Positions 42,779 to 50,978 of a stretch of 64,000 bases of DNA are shown in pieces. Numbering within the stretch: the first letter of the stretch is position 1; each line of letters opens with the position of its first letter. Below the pieces are notes generated by a model that saw only the letters and a program-made list of their open reading frames with translations, made no database searches and was not told the DNA's origin. Both the position numbers and the translations under genes were made by a program. Origin of the DNA: an uncultured Thermoanaerobaculia bacterium (GTDB lineage Bacteria > Acidobacteriota > Thermoanaerobaculia > Thermoanaerobaculales > Sulfomarinibacteraceae); assembly GCA_964423595.1 (NCBI GenBank), contig CAYRFI010000001.1, positions 21,598-85,597 on the forward strand, read 5' to 3'.

Positions 42779-44506
42779 CTACGCCAGCCCCTCGACGCGG
42801 GCGGTCATCTCTCCAACCCGGTCGGAGAGATTGCCGAGCTGATCGCGCTCGCCGGCGAGACGCTCCGATTCCGAGCGCACGAACCGGGTGTAGGGCGCGA
42901 TGGTTTCAGCGAGGCGCCTCTGCCCCCGCTCGGCCTCGCGATCGAAGTGAGCAGACAGCGCAGCCATCAGCTCCCGGCGCAGGGTCGCAATCTTTTGCTT
43001 GAGCTCCGCCTTGGCACGGCGGCGTCGGTGCGGCAAGACAAACAGACCGAGCACGGCCATCAGACCGGCCGCGGTCAGCCCCGTGATATCGGCCGCTGTC
43101 GAGCTCGCGGCCAGCGCCACCGCAGCACTGAGGCCAACCGCTCCAACCTCGAGGACCGCAGTCGATGTCACGGCCCTCTGCACGTCCTCCGCCATTCGCC
43201 GTGCCTCGCCGGCGCGGTCGTAGGAGGCGAGGCCGTCGCGAGCCGCGCGCCCGACGGTTTCCAGAAGTCGCGCACGGTCGGCCTCGAACCGTCCCCCGAC
43301 CTCACCCACCATGCGGTCGGCGTGGGCCGCCACCCGACGGTTGACGTGGTTGACGACGTTCTGCCAGTGAGCGAGCTCGGAATCCACGAGCCAGTCGATC
43401 AAGGAGTCGACCTTGGTCTCGACCGCCTCCGGAGCTCCCGCAACCACCTCGCTCTCGAACCGCGCCGTGAGATCCGACTTGTCGAAGAGCTTGGGCAGGC
43501 GGTTGAGGCGGATGGTGTTGTCGAAGAACTCGGTCCCCCGCTGCTCCATGCCGTGCAGGACATTGTCGATGTCTGACAGGCGGAGCTCGAACTCGTGGCG
43601 GACGTCTTCACCCCAGGTCCCAGACTGTTGTTCGATATCATCGATCGTGCGGAGGTCGGCACTCACGAGCTCGAGCCGCCCGTTGACCTTGCCCAGGGTG
43701 CCACCGAGCAGATGCGCGGCGACACCGAGAGGGTTGCCGAGCTTGAGCCGCAGCAGCTCGCCGCTGTCGAGAGTGTCACGGAGGAAGGACTCGACGGCCG
43801 GTAGACCGCTCGCCGTGCGCGCCGCTTCATCTTCGGCCTCGACCGCCCGCAGGGCGGACACTGGGAAGACCTCAGGGTCGACGCCGAGAAGACGCCCGGC
43901 GTTCTTTGAAACGTACGTCACCACCTCGGCCACCTCGTCCTCGGAGCGCAGGATGTCGATCTTGTTGACCACCATCGCCACCTTCTTGCCCCACTGGCGT
44001 ATGGCTTCGAGAAACACCCGTTCGCTCTCCGACAACGGCCGGTCGGAGGAGGTCACAAAAATCACCAGGTCGGCGCGTGGAACGTAATCGGTGGTCAGGG
44101 CCTCATGTGCACGATCAAGGGCGTTGGTGCCCGGTGTATCGACGATCGTCAACTGGCGAAGAGTTTCGACCGGTGCAGTAATCCTTTCGCCGACCGAACC
44201 GATCGGTTCGCGCAAGAGCTCGTCGCCCCAAACGATGTGGTGGATCTTCGAGGTCGTCGGAGTGACACCCTCGGCCAGCACTTCCCGGCCGAGGAGGGCG
44301 TTGATGAGGGCGCTCTTGCCGGCGTTAAACTCGCCCACCACCACCAGCAGGAAGAGCTCATCGAGCTGGTTCACCGAGTCTGCCAGGGCGCTGAGCTCCC
44401 CGGCTGGAGTCTCGCTGCGCTCGAGCCCGGCCTTGACATCGGCCAAGAGCGAGCGCTCGCTCTCGAGAAGCTCCTTCTGGTCAGCGTTCAGAATCGGTTC
44501 AAGCAC
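42779..44506 (-). CDS. Bacterial dynamin-like GTPase
   Basis: P-loop VVVGEFNAGKSALINALLG, G2/G3 ..TPTTS.. and TIVDTPGTNAL, G4 VVNKID. C-terminal hydrophobic paddle AVLEVGAVGLSAAVALAASS..LMAVLGLFVL. GTG start. Confidence 0.85.
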   Translation of the reverse strand: MLEPILNADQKELLESERSLLADVKAGLERSETPAGELSALADSVNQLDELFLLVVVGEFNAGKSALINALLGREVLAEGVTPTTSKIHHIVWGDELLREPIGSVGERITAPVETLRQLTIVDTPGTNALDRAHEALTTDYVPRADLVIFVTSSDRPLSESERVFLEAIRQWGKKVAMVVNKIDILRSEDEVAEVVTYVSKNAGRLLGVDPEVFPVSALRAVEAEDEAARTASGLPAVESFLRDTLDSGELLRLKLGNPLGVAAHLLGGTLGKVNGRLELVSADLRTIDDIEQQSGTWGEDVRHEFELRLSDIDNVLHGMEQRGTEFFDNTIRLNRLPKLFDKSDLTARFESEVVAGAPEAVETKVDSLIDWLVDSELAHWQNVVNHVNRRVAAHADRMVGEVGGRFEADRARLLETVGRAARDGLASYDRAGEARRMAEDVQRAVTSTAVLEVGAVGLSAAVALAASSTAADITGLTAAGLMAVLGLFVLPHRRRRAKAELKQKIATLRRELMAALSAHFDREAERGQRRLAETIAPYTRFVRSESERLAGERDQLGNLSDRVGEMTARVEGLA

Positions 44507-44530
44507 GTGGGCATCTTAGCGCGAACACGA

Positions 44531-44638
44531 GGGCTTGAGGCGTGGGACTTGAGGCCTGATGTCTCGATCACCACACCCATAAGCCCTCACGCAATGGGCT
44601 GGGTGGGCGGGCAAGCCCCAAGCCACGGGTCTCAAGCC
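44531..44638 (-). repeat. Periodic-repeat long hairpin (CTTGAGG variant) between ggt and the dynamin gene
   Basis: GGGCTTGAGGCGTGGGACTTGAGGC (44531-44555) pairs in blocks with GCCCCAAGCCACGGGTCTCAAGCC (44615-44638): GGCTTGAG/CTCAAGCC, CGTGG/CCACG and CTTGAGGC/GCCCCAAG, the last with one A-C that becomes G-U on the - strand. Confidence 0.6.
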
Positions 44639-46336
44639 TCAGTATCCTGCTGCCATCCCGTCCTTCCTCGACTCCGTGGCGCCGGCGAGGACCCCGGTCT
44701 CCGGGTCGCGGTGGATGAGTTGGTAGCCACCAAAGGCCACCGGGTTGGTCTCCTGGATCGTGTGGCCCCTTCTTTCGAGGTCGCGGTAGACCTCGGGCGG
44801 CAGGCCCTTTTCCAGGTGGAGGACGCCACCCGAAGTCATTATCGTGCCCGTCGGCTGAGACGATCCTTCGTGGTAGAACCTCGGCGCGTCCCCGGCCTCC
44901 TGGAAATTCATTCCGAAATCCACCAGGTTGACGACAATCTGGACGTGCCCCTGTGGTTGCATGCCGCCCCCCATCAGACCGAAGGCGGTGTCCGGAGTCC
45001 CGTTCCACCCCATGAAGGCCGGGATGATCGTGTGGAAGGGCCGCTTGCCGGGCTCGAGGGCATTGGGATGCTCTGGGTCGAGACTGAAGAGGGCGCCCCG
45101 GTCCTGGATGCCGATTCCGACGTCTGGCACCACGTAGCCGGACCCGAAACCGGTGTAGTTGGACTGGATCAGCGACACCAACATGCCGTTTTTATCCGCC
45201 GTCACCAAAAAGGTGGTGTCGCCGTGGTCGAGCGCGGGGTTGCCGGGCTCGACGGTCTTGGCGGCCCGTTCCATGTCGATGAGCTTCGCCCGCTCGGCGG
45301 CGTAGCCTTTGTCGAGCAGTCCCTCGACCGGGACGTCGACGAAGGACATGTCCGCGTAATAGCGGGCGCGATCTTCAAACGCGACCTTTTTGGCCTCGAT
45401 CATCAGGTGCCAGAAATCAGTGCTGTCCCGCCCCATGGCCGCAACGTCGAAGCCCTCGAGGATGTTGAGCATCTGCAGTGCCGCCAGGCCCTGCGGGTTG
45501 GGCGGCAGTTCCCAGATCGTCAATCCCCGATAGGTCGTCGAGATCGGCTCGACCCACTCGCTCGTGTGGCTTGCAAAATCCGCCATCGAGAAGAATCCCC
45601 CGACCCCGTTGGAGAAGGCGATGATCTGCTCGGCAATTTCACCCTTGTAGAAAACATCGCGGCCACCAGCCGCGAGGCGATCGAGCGTGTGGGCGAGAGC
45701 CGGGTTGGCGAAGATCTCGCCCTCGGCCGGCGCCTTGCCACCAGGCATGAAGACCTCGGCGAAACCCGGCGTGTCCTTGAAGTGGGGGACGCTGCGCGCC
45801 CAACCGCCGGCGATCACCTGCGGCACCGGCGCCCCCTCGCGTGCGAGCTTTGCCGCCGGGGCCAGAAGGTCCTTCATCGGCAATCGGCCGAACTTCCCGT
45901 GGAGCTCGAACCAGCCGTCGGCACATCCCGGAACCGTCCACGAATAGACCGAGTAAACCGGGATGGTGCCGTCTTCTTCCGCGGGCACCTTGTCGATCGA
46001 CAACGACGCCGGCGCGCGGCCGGAGGCGTTGAGCCCGTAAAGCTGCTCGGTCTCGGGGTCCCAGACCATGGCGAAGAGATCCCCACCGAGACCGTTTGCG
46101 GTCGGTTCCAGAAAACCCAGGGCTGCGTTGACGGCGATGGCGGCGTCCACCGCCGAGCCCCCCGCCTTGAGCACATCGAGGCCAACCTGAACCGCCAACG
46201 GGTGGGCGGCGGCGACCATGCCATGGCGGGCGTAGGTCACCGACCGGGTACCGAAGGCACGGCCCTCTGGACGATCCGCGGCCGATGCAACCGTAGCTGC
46301 GGCAACGAGCAACACGGCGACAAAAACACGATGCAT
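44639..46336 (-). CDS. ggt: Gamma-glutamyltranspeptidase
   Basis: Signal MHRVFVAVLLVAAATVASA. The autoprocessing site ..HGDTTFLVTADKNGMLVSLIQSNYTGFGSG.. and ..GLMGGGMQPQGH.. are GGT hallmarks. Confidence 0.9.
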   Translation of the reverse strand: MHRVFVAVLLVAAATVASAADRPEGRAFGTRSVTYARHGMVAAAHPLAVQVGLDVLKAGGSAVDAAIAVNAALGFLEPTANGLGGDLFAMVWDPETEQLYGLNASGRAPASLSIDKVPAEEDGTIPVYSVYSWTVPGCADGWFELHGKFGRLPMKDLLAPAAKLAREGAPVPQVIAGGWARSVPHFKDTPGFAEVFMPGGKAPAEGEIFANPALAHTLDRLAAGGRDVFYKGEIAEQIIAFSNGVGGFFSMADFASHTSEWVEPISTTYRGLTIWELPPNPQGLAALQMLNILEGFDVAAMGRDSTDFWHLMIEAKKVAFEDRARYYADMSFVDVPVEGLLDKGYAAERAKLIDMERAAKTVEPGNPALDHGDTTFLVTADKNGMLVSLIQSNYTGFGSGYVVPDVGIGIQDRGALFSLDPEHPNALEPGKRPFHTIIPAFMGWNGTPDTAFGLMGGGMQPQGHVQIVVNLVDFGMNFQEAGDAPRFYHEGSSQPTGTIMTSGGVLHLEKGLPPEVYRDLERRGHTIQETNPVAFGGYQLIHRDPETGVLAGATESRKDGMAAGY

Positions 46337-46379
46337 GGCGACCTCCGCTGGCCGCCCATGTTACTCCATCTGGAGAGCC

Positions 46380-46850
46380 TCAAACGCCTTCGAGGACGAC
46401 CTCTTCGTACTCGAGCTCGAAGCGGTGCTTGTGCTTGGCCTCCTCTCCGGCAAGGGAGGTGAAGACGGCGGCCAGATTGGGGTCATCGGTCGCCTCGGCC
46501 AGCCCTTTGTAAAGCTTCTGGGCTGCCTGCTCCGCCTTGATCGCGACGATCAGCCCCTCGGCATAGGTCAGGGCGGCAGTGGGCTCGCGCTCGACCAGGT
46601 GTTCGGCGATGCCGAGGTCCTGCACCTGGTGAATGGTCAGGGCCGGCAGCTCGCCTGCCTTGATGCTCTCGAGGTGGCGTCGGTGACCATCCTCCTCCTT
46701 TGCAAACTCGAGGAAAACCTCCCGCATCCCCGGGCGATTCGCCAGATCCGCAAGATCGTTGTAGAGCGCCGCAGCCTCCTCTTCCCTGGAGATGGCATAG
46801 TCGAGGATTTCGTCGATATCGGCGAAGCCCATTTCGTCCCCCTGTTCCAC
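46380..46850 (-). CDS. Ferritin-like/rubrerythrin-family protein
   Basis: Two ExxH-type helices: ..FAKEEDGHRRHLES.. and ..LAGEEAKHKHRFELEYEE... Confidence 0.7.
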   Translation of the reverse strand: MEQGDEMGFADIDEILDYAISREEEAAALYNDLADLANRPGMREVFLEFAKEEDGHRRHLESIKAGELPALTIHQVQDLGIAEHLVEREPTAALTYAEGLIVAIKAEQAAQKLYKGLAEATDDPNLAAVFTSLAGEEAKHKHRFELEYEEVVLEGV

Positions 46851-46928
46851 TCTGTATTGCCGAGAGTCGCTAGGCTCAAGTTACGTCCCGGCGGCGGGTT
46901 TCGCAAGCCAGTGCTCGTCACTGCTACC

Positions 46929-47666
46929 ATGACCGCTGAGATGCAGAACGGATCAATACTCGTCGATATCGCCAGGGACCTTGGCGAGAACGTGGGCCGC
47001 CTCAGGTTCACGCCTCCGGTGACCCACGTTTACAACCCGCTGGATTACGCGTGGCAGGCTCACAGTCAGTACCTCGAGCGGTATGGCGATGGACCCAAGG
47101 AAGTCCTTTTCCTCGGTATGAATCCCGGACCCTGGGGAATGGCTCAGACCGGCGTACCCTTCGGTGAAGTCGGCGCCGTGCGTGACTGGCTCGGAATTGA
47201 TGCCGAGATCCGGCGGCCGAAACACGAGCACCCGAAGAGGCGGATCATGGGCCTCGCCTGCGCCCGTTCCGAGGTCAGCGGCGGCCGGCTGTGGGGATGG
47301 GCGCGCGACGTGTTCGGCACTCCAAAGCGTTTCTTCGAACGATTCTTCATCGCCAACTATTGCCCTCTGGCCTTCCTCGAGGAGAGCGGCCGAAACCGTA
47401 CCCCGGACAAATTGCCGGCAGCGGAAACAGAGCCTCTTCTCGATGTCTGCGACCGTGCGCTCCGACGAACCGTCGAACATCTGCAACCCGAAATGGTTAT
47501 TGGCATCGGGGCCTTCGCCGAAGCGCGCGCCCGGGCCGCGCTTGACGACATCGAAATTGCCATTGGACGCATCCTCCACCCGAGCCCTGCGAACCCTGCC
47601 GCCAACCGCGGCTGGAGCGAGCGTGCCACCGTCGAGTTGCGAGAGCTGGGCGTGACCCTGCCCTGA
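46929..47666 (+). CDS. SMUG1-type (family 3) uracil-DNA glycosylase
   Basis: Motifs FLGMNPGPWGMAQTGVPFG and ILHPSPANP. Start at MTAEMQNG; the longer track ORF from 46335 is antisense to the previous gene. Confidence 0.8.
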   Translation: MTAEMQNGSILVDIARDLGENVGRLRFTPPVTHVYNPLDYAWQAHSQYLERYGDGPKEVLFLGMNPGPWGMAQTGVPFGEVGAVRDWLGIDAEIRRPKHEHPKRRIMGLACARSEVSGGRLWGWARDVFGTPKRFFERFFIANYCPLAFLEESGRNRTPDKLPAAETEPLLDVCDRALRRTVEHLQPEMVIGIGAFAEARARAALDDIEIAIGRILHPSPANPAANRGWSERATVELRELGVTLP

Positions 47667-47728
47667 GATCGAGACCCCGATTCCCCTTTGGGGCTGGTTT
47701 TTCGCTATTCTGTCTTCACGGAGTTGTC

Positions 47729-48127
47729 ATGCGCTGGAAATATTCGTGCCCCCATTGCGAAGCCCCGCTCAACCCGGAAAAACGGGTGGTGTTGCAAGCC
47801 GAATGCGGTGATCGCCGGTTCCTCGCCGGACTTCATCCCCAGCCCGGCAACTACGAAGTCGAGCTGCCGCCCGGTGAGGAGATGTCCCCTGGGAGTCGCT
47901 GGGAGTTCTTCTGCCCGGTATGCGAGAAGAGCCTGGTTTCCGAGCTTTCCGAGGATCTCTGCGCCCTCGACGTGACAGCACCGGGGGACACGCACCGGGT
48001 CTACTTTTCGCGCATCGCCGGCGAGGAGGCGACTTTTGTGGTCTCGGCTGAAGGCCTGCTCAAGGACTACGGCATCCACACCGACCGGTACCTCGAGCGT
48101 CTCGTCCACGCGAAGTACATGCGGTAA
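47729..48127 (+). CDS. Hypothetical zinc-ribbon-like protein
   Basis: Two CxxC pairs (CPHCEAPL ... CPVCEKSL); 132 aa. No family recognised. Confidence 0.5.
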   Translation: MRWKYSCPHCEAPLNPEKRVVLQAECGDRRFLAGLHPQPGNYEVELPPGEEMSPGSRWEFFCPVCEKSLVSELSEDLCALDVTAPGDTHRVYFSRIAGEEATFVVSAEGLLKDYGIHTDRYLERLVHAKYMR

Positions 48128-48177
48128 AAGCGCGCAGCTCGTTCTGATCCCGATCCCGAAAAGCGTATTCTCTACCG

Positions 48178-49233
48178 ATGAACATCGCGGTACTGACTTC
48201 CGGTGGGGTGGACTCCTCGGTTGCGCTGATGCGTCTGGTCGAGGAGGGCGGACACGACCTCTCCGCCTTTTACCTCAAGATCTGGCTCGAGGACGAGATG
48301 GCCTTCCTCGGCTCGTGCCCGTGGGAGGAGGATCTCGAGTTCGTGCATTCGGTCTGTGACGCCACGGGAGTGCCGCTCGAGGTCGTTTCGCTCCAGCAGG
48401 AGTATCTCGGCACAGTGGTCGCCTATGCCCTTTCGGAGCTCGAGGCCGGCCGCACACCGAGCCCCGACGTGCTGTGCAACCGGATGATCAAGTTCGGTGC
48501 GTTTGTCGATCGCATTGGTGACCGCTTCGAGCGAGTCGCCTCGGGCCACCACGCCCGGGTCGAAGAGCGGAACGGTCGTTTTCATCTCTTGCGCGGTGCC
48601 GACCCGAAAAAGGACCAAACCTACTTTCTGTGCCAGCTCGCCCAGGAACAGCTCGCGCGATGTCTCTTCCCGATTGGTGATCTCACGAAAGCGCGGGTCC
48701 GGGAAGAGGCACACCGCTTCGGGCTTGCCAACGCCGATCGACCCGACAGCCAGGGCATCTGTTTCCTCGGTCGCGTCCCCTTCGACGACTTCGTGCGCCA
48801 CCACCTCGGCGATCGTCCCGGAGAAATCCGCCGAGCTTCAACCGGAGAAGTCCTCGGTTTGCACCACGGAACGTGGTTCCACACCATCGGCCAGCGCCGC
48901 GGCCTTGGTCTCTCCGGTGGACCGTGGTACGTCGTCGGCAAAGACCTCGGCGACAATCTCATCCTGGTTGCCCATGCTGACGAGCTTGCCGACTACGCCC
49001 ACCGCCTCTTTCGGATTGCCACACCGCACTGGATCGCCGACCCGCCGAAACGGTCCGACCTGACAGTGAGGATCCGCCACGGCGAACGTCTCGACGCGTG
49101 CTCCATATCTTCCGGCAGCGACGGATCGACGACCGTGGAGTTTGGCAACACCGCCGACCCCGGGATCGCACCCGGCCAGTTTGCGGCGCTCTACGATGGG
49201 GAGGAGTGTCTGGGCGGCGGCGTGATCGAGTAG
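48178..49233 (+). CDS. mnmA: tRNA 2-thiouridine(34) synthase MnmA
   Basis: PP-loop MNIAVLTSGGVDSSVAL, then ..KDQTYFLCQL.., ..DSQGICFLG.. and a C-terminal beta-barrel region. Confidence 0.9.
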   Translation: MNIAVLTSGGVDSSVALMRLVEEGGHDLSAFYLKIWLEDEMAFLGSCPWEEDLEFVHSVCDATGVPLEVVSLQQEYLGTVVAYALSELEAGRTPSPDVLCNRMIKFGAFVDRIGDRFERVASGHHARVEERNGRFHLLRGADPKKDQTYFLCQLAQEQLARCLFPIGDLTKARVREEAHRFGLANADRPDSQGICFLGRVPFDDFVRHHLGDRPGEIRRASTGEVLGLHHGTWFHTIGQRRGLGLSGGPWYVVGKDLGDNLILVAHADELADYAHRLFRIATPHWIADPPKRSDLTVRIRHGERLDACSISSGSDGSTTVEFGNTADPGIAPGQFAALYDGEECLGGGVIE

Positions 49234-49271
49234 GGCCGCACCAGGTAGGCACTCCGTGCTTCGACGGGCAT

Positions 49272-49353
49272 GGTGCCACTCTTCGTATTGTTCGCGAGCA
49301 ACGCGTCACCGGATCGAGAAGCGAAACATTCGAACAATGCGAAGAGTGGCACC
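49272..49353. repeat. 82-nt hairpin with a 23-bp stem in a convergent intergenic region
   Basis: GGTGCCACTCTTCGTATTGTTCG (49272-49294) versus CGAACAATGCGAAGAGTGGCACC (49331-49353), with 22/23 positions complementary and a 36-nt loop. Further GC hairpins follow (49449-49481). Confidence 0.75.
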
Positions 49354-49598
49354 GGCGTCATCGATGCCCCGACGCGCGTCTCGCCCTCGCCACACCTGAA
49401 ACCTTTTTGGGAATGATACGTAGGATCATTATCAACAACCTCCTTCGGCCGGCGGCCCCGGACCCCCCGCGGGGCCGTCGGCGTCTCCGCCCACCCATCC
49501 AGTAGCCAGTACCGAACCACCCACCCAGTGACGAGTGATCAGTTCCTGTCTGCGATGCACCACTGGTTACTTGATTGCTGGGCGGGTGGGAGACGACG

Positions 49599-50978
49599 TC
49601 AGTCGTCGAGGGAAGGTTCAATGCCGAGGCGGTGGATCATCTCGTTGAGGGTAGTGGGGCTCAGCTTGAGGAGCCCGGCAGCGCGCCGCTGGACGCCGCC
49701 CGACCGCTTGAGAGCCTCGCGGATGAGATGTTCCTGGAACTCCGCCACCGACGCGCGAAAATCGGTGCCGCCGGCTGGGAAAACGGTCATCGCCTGTTTC
49801 GAAGAAGGCTCGTTCCGTACCACCTGGGGCAGCTCGTCAATCTCGATCGAGTTGCCCCGGCACAGCACGACCGCCCGCTCAACGGCGTTTTCGAGCTCCC
49901 GCACGTTGCCCGGCCAGTGATAATCGGACAGAGCGTCCATGGCCTCCGGCGAAAAACCGTCGACCGCGCGTTGATTTTCCTCGCTGTAAATCCGCAGAAA
50001 GTGGGTCGCCAAGAGGGGAATGTCTTCGCGCCGTTCGCGGAGAGGCGGCATTTCGATGGTAATAACGTTGAGGCGGTAGTAGAGGTCCTCGCGGAATTCG
50101 CCGTTTTGAACTTTCTGCCAGAGATCGGTGTTGGTGGCGGCCACCAGGCGGGCGTCCACCGCCTTGGCTTCGACGCTGCCCACGCGACGGATCTCTCGTT
50201 CCTGGATCACCCGCAGCAGCTTGGTCTGAGTGTCCATAGAAATCGTTCCGACCTCGTCGAGAAAAAGGGTGCCGTTGTGGGCGGCCTCGAACAGCCCCTT
50301 GCGGGCGTTGATGGCTCCGGTGAAGGCGCCCTTAACATGGCCGAACAGGGTCGATTCCAAGAGGTCGGCGGGAATCGCGGTGGTGTGCACGGGGACAAAC
50401 GGCCCATCCCCTCGAGGGCTGAGTCGATGGACGGCTCGTGCCACCAACTCCTTGCCAGTGCCCGATTCTCCAACCACGAGAATGGTGGAGCGGGCCGGAG
50501 CGGCACGGCGCATGAGCTCGAAGACCTCTTCAATCCGCCTGCTGGTGCCGACGATCTCGCCCATTCCGTCGAGCCGGGTTCGCAGCTCGATGTTCTCGGC
50601 CAGCAGCGCACGCCGCTCGGCCGCTCGGTGCACCAGGTGCAGCACCTCTTCGTTCTTGAAGGGCTTCGGGACATAGTGAAAGGCACCCCGCCGCATCGCT
50701 TCTATGGCGGACTCGACCGATGAGTAGGCGGTGATCACGACCACCGGCAGGCGGGGATCGAGCTCCTTGATGTCAGGCAGCAGATCGAGACCGGATCGGT
50801 CGGGCAGCATCAGATCCAGGAGGACGACGTCGACCTCTTCCTCGCGCAGGATCTGCAGCCCGTCCGCGGCGGTCGTCGCCTGCAGATAGTCAAAGCCGTC
50901 GCCCTTCAGGAGCGACCCCAGCACGTCCTGAAGGACTGGCTCGTCGTCGATTACGAGGACGGTTCCGTTTCCTGCCAT
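49599..50978 (-). CDS. Sigma54-dependent response regulator (NtrC family)
   Basis: REC (VLVIDDEP...LLDLMLPDRSG), AAA+ (VVGESGTGKELVARAVH, GAFTGA, ESTLFGH) and a C-terminal Fis-type HTH (..RRAAGLLKLSPTTLNEMIHRLGI). Confidence 0.9.
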   Translation of the reverse strand: MAGNGTVLVIDDEPVLQDVLGSLLKGDGFDYLQATTAADGLQILREEEVDVVLLDLMLPDRSGLDLLPDIKELDPRLPVVVITAYSSVESAIEAMRRGAFHYVPKPFKNEEVLHLVHRAAERRALLAENIELRTRLDGMGEIVGTSRRIEEVFELMRRAAPARSTILVVGESGTGKELVARAVHRLSPRGDGPFVPVHTTAIPADLLESTLFGHVKGAFTGAINARKGLFEAAHNGTLFLDEVGTISMDTQTKLLRVIQEREIRRVGSVEAKAVDARLVAATNTDLWQKVQNGEFREDLYYRLNVITIEMPPLRERREDIPLLATHFLRIYSEENQRAVDGFSPEAMDALSDYHWPGNVRELENAVERAVVLCRGNSIEIDELPQVVRNEPSSKQAMTVFPAGGTDFRASVAEFQEHLIREALKRSGGVQRRAAGLLKLSPTTLNEMIHRLGIEPSLDD

